Positions 56,156 through 64,000 of a stretch of DNA of 64,000 nucleotides are shown here, piece after piece. This DNA comes from Ministeria vibrans ATCC 50519. Taxonomy: Eukaryota > Protista > Filasterea. Position numbers and translations under genes: made by a program. Positions within the stretch are counted from its first letter, which is position 1. Every line of letters starts with the position of its first letter. Under the pieces are notes generated by a model, which searched no databases, was not told the origin of the DNA, and was given only the letters and a program-made list of their open reading frames with translations. The stretch lies in contig CALSCP010001507.1 of NCBI GenBank assembly GCA_943704425.1, forward strand, positions 1-64,000, written 5' to 3'.

Positions 56156-57927
56156 TCAGAGCTCCTTCAGCAACTGCGACGCAATGACCACCCGCTGAAT
56201 CTCACTTGTCCCCTCGTAAATCTCGGTAATGCGGGCGTCGCGGTAGTGACGCTCTGCCGGCATCGTCGACACATACCCCATCCCTCCCAGCACCTGAATC
56301 GCCTGGTGTGCACAGAACGTCGCTGCTTCAGACGCAGCCAGCTTGGCCATGGCCGCCTCCTTCGTAAATGGCTCTACCACCAAGATACATCGCAAAATGA
56401 GGGGTGCCACACAAAAATCGATGTTGATGTGGCTTACTTCCGGCGTCCTTGAGCCCCGCTGCACGCCACGTCAGAAGTCGAGCCGAGTCCAACCGCACTG
56501 CCATGTCTGCCAACTTGAACTGAATTGCCTACGCACAACAAACAGACGGAGAAAGGAAGGAGAAAGAAACAAAGAGATAAAAAGAGAGAAGTAAGAAACA
56601 AAGCGAGGTAGCGGGTGACTCAAGCGTCACTTTCAGACCCAACTGTGTACCTGCAGCTTTGCAATGGGGTTGCCAAAGGCAATGCGCTCTGTGCTGTAGC
56701 GGAGGGCACAATCGAGTGCTGCCTGTGCAATGCCCAGCCCCTGCGCCGCAATCCCAATCCGCCCACTGTCCAGCGTTGCCATGGCAATCTTAAACCCATC
56801 TCCTGCCCGTCCCAGCAGATTCTCCCGAGGAATCCGTGTCTCTTCAAACGTCAACGTCACCGTCGACGACGCCCGGATCCCTATGCATTGCATTGTAAGT
56901 CACGTCCAATTTCGATGTTGTGCGCGTGCGTGTGTGTGTGAGCATCTACCTAGTTTGTCTTCCGGTTTGCCCAATGTCAGTCCCTCAATGGGCTTCGGCA
57001 CTAGAAAGGCACTGATTCCTATATAATGCAACCCACCCCCCCAATTCTTTTTACATCCTACTCACTGTTTTTATGCTTTTAATTTACCTTTGTGCTTCAT
57101 TGACTTGTCGGTCGTGGCAAACACTACTGCCGCACTCGACTCAATCCCATTTGTGATCCATGCCTTGTCGCCGTTTAGCACATACTCATCCTATGTCACA
57201 CAATATAACATTAGCAAAGTGTACAATCTAGTTCATGTCCCTCTCTTGCTACGCCCCCCTCTCTGTTCTTGTGCGTAGTAACTGCTCACTGGCTTACCCC
57301 TTCAAGGCGCGCTGTTGTGTTGGCAGCACCCGCGTCACTGCCATTGCCACTCTCGCTCAGCGCAAAGCATCCGAGCTTCTCGCCCGACGCATACGGCACC
57401 AGAAACTCCGCCTTTTGGGCCTCCGTCGCATTCTTCAGCACGGGGCCGACGTAGAGACTGCAAGCAAAAGGACAAGGGTCAGCGCCGCACACGACGGCGA
57501 CGGGCACGCGCGCACCTGTTGTGTGCGCTCATGATGACGCCGGCCGACGCGCATCCTCGCGAGATCTCCTCCATTGCAACCGCGTACGACAGGTAGTCCA
57601 TGCCGGCCCCTCCATACTCCGTCGGCACATCGATCCCCATCAGCCCAAGCTCGCCCATCTTTGCAATGGCGTCCGTTGGAAACCTGAAATGCAGTCGGTC
57701 AAAAAAAATTTCACGGGACAATTTTTGTGCTTTGTTGGCTGCGCTCACTGGTGGTTCTTGTCCCACTCGGCAGCATTAGGCTTGAGCTCCTGCTCAGCAA
57801 AGTCGCGGCACATGTCGCGCAGCTGCTGTTGGGTTTCGGGCAGAGCGCCGAAGACGTCGCCGGCGGACGTGCTCATGCGCCGCATTGGGCCCCCCAGCCT
57901 CGATCCAGCTCGCAAAGCAGACAGCAT
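56156..57927 (-). CDS. ACADS: Short-chain acyl-CoA dehydrogenase, mitochondrial
   Basis: Targeting peptide; [80 protein letters not shown]. Confidence 0.93.
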
Positions 57928-58228
57928 CAATGATTCGTATTATTGGTGTTCGGAACAAAATGAATTTGTTTAAATTAGTGATCAATAATTATTGATCATT
58001 TTTAAGAATTAAGGTCCTTCCTTTGAGGATACTTCCACTCCTTTCTCTGTGCCACTCTGATAAGTCTGTGGAGCATCACGTGTGGTCTATTGAAGTTTAA
58101 GCGATACAACCTTTCTTGATTCTTCTGCAGCTTGAAAAGTAGCTCCGCGCTGTTTGTTTGGGTTGTCACTTTTCGTTTGATTGCAAATAAATTGGAAATT
58201 CAATTAATCAAGTCACACACTTCTCTTG

Positions 58229-58456
58229 ATGACTACCCTTGGTGACATTGGAGCGGCGGTGATTCCTCGCCACTTGGATGCCGTCCAGGACTGGCCTGGC
58301 GGCAGCGTGTGTACGTCATGCAACTTCGCGTACGGCATTGCCTTTGGCGCTCTCGAAGCACTCGTCTTGCACGCCATCGGGACTGCCCTGGCCAAAGGGC
58401 TTCGGCGGGGCCGTGTTGGGACTCCGCCTTTCGTTCTCACCACCACCAACAACGCC

Positions 58457-58497
<41 letters not shown>

Positions 58498-59856
58498 CTC
58501 ATTTCTCGCCGCCCTTGGTCAAGCCACACTCGCAACGACCGCCCTACTCGGCGCCCTCTACTGGTTCCTGGTCGTTCTGTTCTTTGGCAACTTCATCTCG
58601 TGGCTCTTCCTCGCAGGTATGCCAACTCCGGCGATTCCTTCAGGCGCGCACTAACCACCCTGCGTGTTAGGCGCCATCCTTCCCCTCCCCACCCTTCTTC
58701 ACGCACACAAGGCGCCCGACCACCTTGACCACACCAACACAAAGGCACGTGTCAGCGAGAGGCGCTGCCAAGCACCCTCTGCAGGCCGATTTGGGCGCGC
58801 TCTCACTGCCAGCGGACTGCTCGTTGGCGCTCTCACTCTCCTCTGCTTCGCCAATGTCGCCCGTTTCTTCTCCACCGAGTTGGTGCGCCGCGGACCCAAT
58901 CGCGATACCCTCATGGTGACGCCGACGGACGCGAACGTGCTCCAGCTGCGCGAAGAGTTCTTTGCAACACACTCCCCTGCCGCCTATTTCTCCCTTCCCT
59001 TCCACAACCAAATGCTCTCCGTCGACATCTTCATCCGCGACACCATCATCTGGGAAGCCGACTACTCCTACTACCACATGATAGGCACATACCTGTCGCC
59101 CCACGAAGTCATCGAACGTCGCCACGGCGACTGCCAAGGACAGGTACAACCCAATTTGTAATATTCGCCTGCGTATGAATGATTTCTCACTTCATTCATT
59201 TATTTTTAATTGGAAATGTTTTCTTCCTCTTCATTTATTTATTTCTCTAGGCTGTGACCACTGCCTCACTCCTCAAAGCACTTTCAAACTACCATGTGGA
59301 GGTGGACCACGGGCCAGCGCTGTTCGAGGCGTGGGTGGTGGAGACACCCTTCCACTGGTGGACAATGGCGCAGTCGCTATCGAGCGGCGCCACACACTAC
59401 CTCAACCAACACGGAAGCGCAGGCAACAACGGCACCGTGCTACCACAGACGCCCACCCTTGCATTTACCAACCCTCCGCCTGGCGTCAACCGCACTGGCA
59501 CCCTCTACACCGCCGCCCCCTGGTCCGCCCTTGCCGCCTCCTGGACCGGCGCGCACATCCTCAAGCGCGAGATGCTTCCGTCTCTCACCGTCGACAAGAC
59601 GCTCGCCTACGCCTTTACCATCGCCTTTGCCTTTGCCCTTTTTGCCGCTTTTGTCTACGGTGACACCTCTTCCGCAGCCGCTCTTGAGCTTGCCCTCCTC
59701 CGCCTTGCCGTTGCCTTCCTCCTCACCCTCCTCTCTCTCGCCCTTCTCGTTCTCCTCATCCTCCTCCATTATCCCATCGCCTTTCTCCATCTTGCCTTCT
59801 CCCTCACCACCACTCTCGCTCTTCTCACTAACGATCCCCACCTCAACCCCCAATAA
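58229..59856 (+). CDS. Hypothetical multi-pass membrane protein, 3 exons, with a poly-Asn tract
   Basis: Several hydrophobic segments at both ends; GT-AG introns at about 58617-58670 and 59143-59250; (AAC)n run. Confidence 0.6.
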
Positions 59857-59970
59857 ACTTTCTTCTCTACATTAAAATTATTATGAATTGATTTTATTAT
59901 AGTTCATATTGTTCCATTACACATCTCTCTCTCTCTCCTCCTCCTCCTCCTCCTCTCTCTCGGTCTCTCT

Positions 59971-62900
59971 CTACACAAAACTCTCAGTGCCCCAACTGGG
60001 ATCAATGACAAGGACATTTTCAGGCACATAAGACAGGTCCTCGACACTTGTGAAGACTGTGCGCTCAACCGTGAATGGCAAAGGGTCTTCGTCGCCTTCG
60101 CTAGCTGTGCCGTCGCCCTGGAACACATCCTCAACGGCCGGCACGGGCACTTCCAGACTCGGCGTCGACGAAAAGCCCCGGCCCGTCTTGGGGTCGTGCA
60201 CACTGACTGCGCTTGAGATCGTTTCTAGCTTGTTCTCGGCCGTCATCGGCTCGTCGTTCGTTTCCAGCTTGTTCTCGGCCGTCGTCGGCTCGTCGTCGCT
60301 GTCGCTGTCGTCGCGCGCTGCTGCGCCCATCACCATCGAGTGCTTCCCTGCAAACATGCTCGACGAAGGCTCACTGCGCGACAGCGGATCATCCATGGAA
60401 GACATTGCCATGCTGTCCCGCCCACTCGCCTCCAGCGTCGTCGCACTCGATGCCATCAGCGAGTGCGGTGCGTGCGCTGCCATCGACTCCTCTGCCGCCG
60501 CCTTGGTTGCTGCCCGTGTCGCCGCTCGCTTCTGCTCTCGCAGCGCCTTGGCCTGCTCGCGCTTCTCACGCGCCGATGCCGACACACTCGACCCCCCGCT
60601 CGTCGACATGCTGTGGTGTGTCGAGTGCGTCGACACCGAGCCATGCGACGACGTCGACAGGTAGCCGCGTCGGTTTAGTTCGGTTCGCAACTCGTCGTAG
60701 ACGCGTCGCTGCACAGCGTACATTAGGAAGATGAAAAAGCCCTGGCTCGCATTGAACAGCACAAACAGCACGTTGAGCGCAAAGGTACCCTCGCTGATCG
60801 CAAGTGGCCCCAAAATCCACGTGAAGCCCAGCAGAATAAACAGTCCCAGTAGAATGCGCACCTGCGACTTGTCAGACTTCTGTTTGCTCGTTGACGAAAT
60901 AGCCTTGCGCCGCGACGTGTTGAGCGTCATCATGATGCGCACAAAGAGATAGGTGTTCACCAAAATGGCCAGCAGCACCGGCGCAAAGAAGGTTGCGTAC
61001 AGCACAGCCCCCTGGCGCACCCAGCAGGCGCTCTCCGTCCCGTACGCGTCGTGGTCAGATGCGACGCCAATCACCGTCAGCAGAAGCGGCAAACACCAGG
61101 CAAACACCAGCATGCGCCGACGGTACATCTGCACGCCACTCTTGAGCAGCACAATACCAAAGTAGAGCGAGAATATCATCACAATGGTAATAAAAAAGTT
61201 GGCAAGCAGGAAGAACTGCAGGAGCGCAGCCGTCAGTGAACAGGCGCCCATGGGCGACACACGCCCCAGCCCCGCAATCACCGTCACGTCCACCAGGAAG
61301 ATCGCCAGGCACAAGTGCATCAGAAGCTCCATCGCAAAGGTGCGCAGCTTCTTGAGGAAGAGGTACAGGAAGAAGGTGATGACAACGCCAACGAGCGACA
61401 GCGAACAGGCCACCGTCGTCAAGATGCTTAGCGCCTTGGTCTGGCTCTCGCTAATGCCACCCGCACCGGGTGTCTTAAAGAGTACCGCAAACGACGTGAA
61501 GTGGGTGCAGCAACACTCAAGCCACTGGTCGCCTCGCCCCGACTCCACACAGCCATCCGACACCCACTCCTTCGAGTCGGTCGAATAGAAGTTGCACGTC
61601 GCGTTGACCGCGTCCTGATCAGCTCTAAAGGTCGTGTTAAAGCAGAAGGGACAGGGCAGCTCCGTGCCGGCAGCCAGACCGCCAAAGCCCGCCGAAATGA
61701 CCGACGACGGCACAAAGGTTTCGCTCGTGTTGGACGGGAAGAAAGCATCATTGGCAGTGACGGCAACGCGGAAAATAAAATCGCCCGCGCGCGATGGGAA
61801 CGCCGACAAGAGACACAGCGGAAGCGTAAAGTCAATGCCCAGCTCTGTCGACAGGCCCATATCGGTGGCAGTCAGTGCGGCTGTGTCGTTGCTCGTGTAC
61901 GTCAAATTGGCAGTCGTCGCTGGGAAGCGCGCCGACGCCACAGCGACAAAGGGCGTCGCCTTGGCGGCAAAAGTGATCGACACGTTGCCCGTCTGCGTCG
62001 CCACAGATTCACTTTGGGCCAGAGTGCCTCCAGTCTGCGAGAGCGCACCCGCAAACTTGTCCAGTGCCTCCACATAGTCGGTGCGCGAGCCAGGCGTGCT
62101 TTGCCGTTGGTTGACGGCGAGCGATGTCGATGGCATCGCCACAATGTTGTCAAATGAGCTCAGAATGAAGTTGGTATCGTTTAGTGCGAGTCCCGTTGGA
62201 CTAGCCGACGCAAAATCAACCAGATCGTGGACAATAATGGAAACCGCCTCCGTCTCGTTCAGATTAAATCCTGCCGACGTTGTTGAAGCAATAAAAACAA
62301 GTCTGGCAGCAGACTCGGCCGAGCTCGCAGTGGTGGTGTTGCCCGATACGAGCGACTGGGCCTGATTCAGAATCGTCTGCGCACGCACGCAGCCGGACTC
62401 GTCGGGTGCTGCCCACACACCGCCTCGCAGACACACACGTTTCACATTGCCCACAAACCCAACCAGACACGACAGAGTCACGTTGCTCAGCTCGACAGTG
62501 CGCGCATAGGCAATACCAGAGACCTTCTCGGCCGGACAAAACAACGGGAAGTCATTCACAGGGATGGTCACGCGCGACTCTGCTGCCACCGTGCTAACTG
62601 CGGCGCCGCCCGACACCGACAAAATCTTCACGATGAACACCTCGTTATCCTCGGGAATAGTGTCCTGCACAGTCTGTATGTAGATACGCGCCACAGTCTC
62701 ATCCGCAAGCAGTGTCGCCACGCCTGTCGTATTCAAGTAGTCTATGCCGGCATGTGCCGTGTTCGCAACCGCCGCCCAGCTCACTGATATTTTTCCGTCT
62801 GCACCGTTGGAGCGCTGCAACGTAACGACAGCCAAGGCACCCTCGTTGACAGTAAGGCTACTGGGCGACAAGGAGACAACGCCATGCGCCTGTTCGCACA

Positions 62901-64000
62901 ATGTGCCCGTACCACCCAACCGACACACACACGAAAACCGATTGACGCCGTCCACACACTGAGCGCTGTTCTGGCACGGCGAAGAGCCACACTCGTTCAC
63001 ATTTGTTTCGCACTGGACACCAATAAACCCGAGCGGGCAGCGGCACGAGTACTGGCCCACAGACTCGGTGAGGCAGGTGGCGCCATTGACGCACGGCACC
63101 GACAAACACTCGTCGATATCCGTCTCGCACAGATCGCCGGTAAACCCTTGAGCACAAATACAAGCAAACGTAAAGTCGGCGTCGACACACGTCGCTCCAT
63201 TGGTGCACGGCGACGAGACACACTCGTCGACGGAGAACAGGCCCAGCACGCCCGAGCTAAATACCGAAGCGGACACTTTCCCGTTAACCACAGCCCGTCG
63301 TCGTCCCAACAAGACGCTGCCAGCGGGAACCCAGTCATTCGTGCCTAAAGGCGCGATGTACATCAGCAGCTGGTTTGCTTGCGTGTCTGTGAGCCCAGTG
63401 GGTGCCGGCAACGACGCAATCACACCACTGAACACGGTCAGCTGACCCATATCGCCTTCAATAAAAAACTCGTACGTGTCGCCAACCAGAGCGGCGTTAG
63501 GAAAGGGTAGTGTCAAGCTGGACACAAGAGAATCGTTGGAAGAGACGGAATGAACTCCAATCTTCACAGCGGACGTAAAAGCCTTGTCAGAGACAGTAAT
63601 AGACACATTGTTCGCAAACACGAACACCCCGCCGGCAGTGGACACCAGCGATGGAATGTGACAGAGTGTGCCCACAAAAGAGACACTCTGACAGTCGCAC
63701 AAAAACGAATCAACTCCGTCCACACACTGACCGTTGTTTTGACAGGGGGTCGACAGACACTCGTCAATGTTAGATTCGCACTGAACACCAGTAAACCCCG
63801 ATGGACACAAGCAGACGAACAAGCCCGCTCGTCCACCTTCACTGCACGTACCGCCGTTCGTGCACGGCGTAGACAAACACTCGTTCATATCAGATTCGCA
63901 GTGAGTGCCAGTGAATCCAGTGACGCAAACACACTCAAACATATCGGGACTGGATCCTTCGCTGCACGAACCTCCATTTGCACACGGAGACGATTCGCAT
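59971..64000 (-). CDS. Adhesion GPCR (EGF repeats, ZU5-like, Calx-beta, HRM, GAIN/GPS, 7TM); 5' end beyond the window
   Basis: EGF repeats; Calx-beta VNEG...LQRSNGADG.ISV...TAHAGIDY...D.IPEDNEVFIV.I; HRM CP.E....C...C...G.W..PD.SGC; GPS CNFY....WVSDGC....CCCTHFTSFAVL; secretin-like 7TM (LFILLGFTWILG, FNASQGFFIF). Confidence 0.93.
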   Translation of the reverse strand, partial: CESSPCANGGSCSEGSSPDMFECVCVTGFTGTHCESDMNECLSTPCTNGGTCSEGGRAGLFVCLCPSGFTGVQCESNIDECLSTPCQNNGQCVDGVDSFLCDCQSVSFVGTLCHIPSLVSTAGGVFVFANNVSITVSDKAFTSAVKIGVHSVSSNDSLVSSLTLPFPNAALVGDTYEFFIEGDMGQLTVFSGVIASLPAPTGLTDTQANQLLMYIAPLGTNDWVPAGSVLLGRRRAVVNGKVSASVFSSGVLGLFSVDECVSSPCTNGATCVDADFTFACICAQGFTGDLCETDIDECLSVPCVNGATCLTESVGQYSCRCPLGFIGVQCETNVNECGSSPCQNSAQCVDGVNRFSCVCRLGGTGTLCEQAHGVVSLSPSSLTVNEGALAVVTLQRSNGADGKISVSWAAVANTAHAGIDYLNTTGVATLLADETVARIYIQTVQDTIPEDNEVFIVKILSVSGGAAVSTVAAESRVTIPVNDFPLFCPAEKVSGIAYARTVELSNVTLSCLVGFVGNVKRVCLRGGVWAAPDESGCVRAQTILNQAQSLVSGNTTTASSAESAARLVFIASTTSAGFNLNETEAVSIIVHDLVDFASASPTGLALNDTNFILSSFDNIVAMPSTSLAVNQRQSTPGSRTDYVEALDKFAGALSQTGGTLAQSESVATQTGNVSITFAAKATPFVAVASARFPATTANLTYTSNDTAALTATDMGLSTELGIDFTLPLCLLSAFPSRAGDFIFRVAVTANDAFFPSNTSETFVPSSVISAGFGGLAAGTELPCPFCFNTTFRADQDAVNATCNFYSTDSKEWVSDGCVESGRGDQWLECCCTHFTSFAVLFKTPGAGGISESQTKALSILTTVACSLSLVGVVITFFLYLFLKKLRTFAMELLMHLCLAIFLVDVTVIAGLGRVSPMGACSLTAALLQFFLLANFFITIVMIFSLYFGIVLLKSGVQMYRRRMLVFAWCLPLLLTVIGVASDHDAYGTESACWVRQGAVLYATFFAPVLLAILVNTYLFVRIMMTLNTSRRKAISSTSKQKSDKSQVRILLGLFILLGFTWILGPLAISEGTFALNVLFVLFNASQGFFIFLMYAVQRRVYDELRTELNRRGYLSTSSHGSVSTHSTHHSMSTSGGSSVSASAREKREQAKALREQKRAATRAATKAAAEESMAAHAPHSLMASSATTLEASGRDSMAMSSMDDPLSRSEPSSSMFAGKHSMVMGAAARDDSDSDDEPTTAENKLETNDEPMTAENKLETISSAVSVHDPKTGRGFSSTPSLEVPVPAVEDVFQGDGTASEGDEDPLPFTVERTVFTSVEDLSYVPENVLVIDPSWGTESFV

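Overview
Gene-dense eukaryotic genomic DNA. It has short GT-AG introns full of (CT)n/(GT)n/(AAT)n microsatellites, AT-rich divergent intergenic spacers and several N-gaps. The gene content (Src-family tyrosine kinase, adhesion GPCR, FG-GAP and EGF proteins, heme-motif CBS, synaptophysin-like MARVEL protein) points to a unicellular holozoan; this is an inference. About 30 protein-coding genes were reconstructed by eye, including Pin1, a SIRT2-like sirtuin, a scramblase, COX16, GALE, an acid lipase, MOSPD2, CBS, HAT1, an SLC35F transporter and ACADS. Three observations stand out. (1) A tRNA-Gln(CUG) gene carries a 29-nt intron at the non-canonical D-arm position 22/23, framed by an archaeal/Cyanidioschyzon-style bulge-helix-bulge motif. 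(2) The SIRT2 gene is split by a 9-kb 'intron' holding several other genes, an orphan 3' gene half, an orphan 5' gene half and a LINE remnant; this is either real nesting/exon swapping or a misassembly. (3) Several secreted proteins have cubilin-like or fibre-like N-terminal stalks capped by different heads (DUF285/BspA, FG-GAP, PilV-like). No database searches were run; family calls are from recognised motifs.
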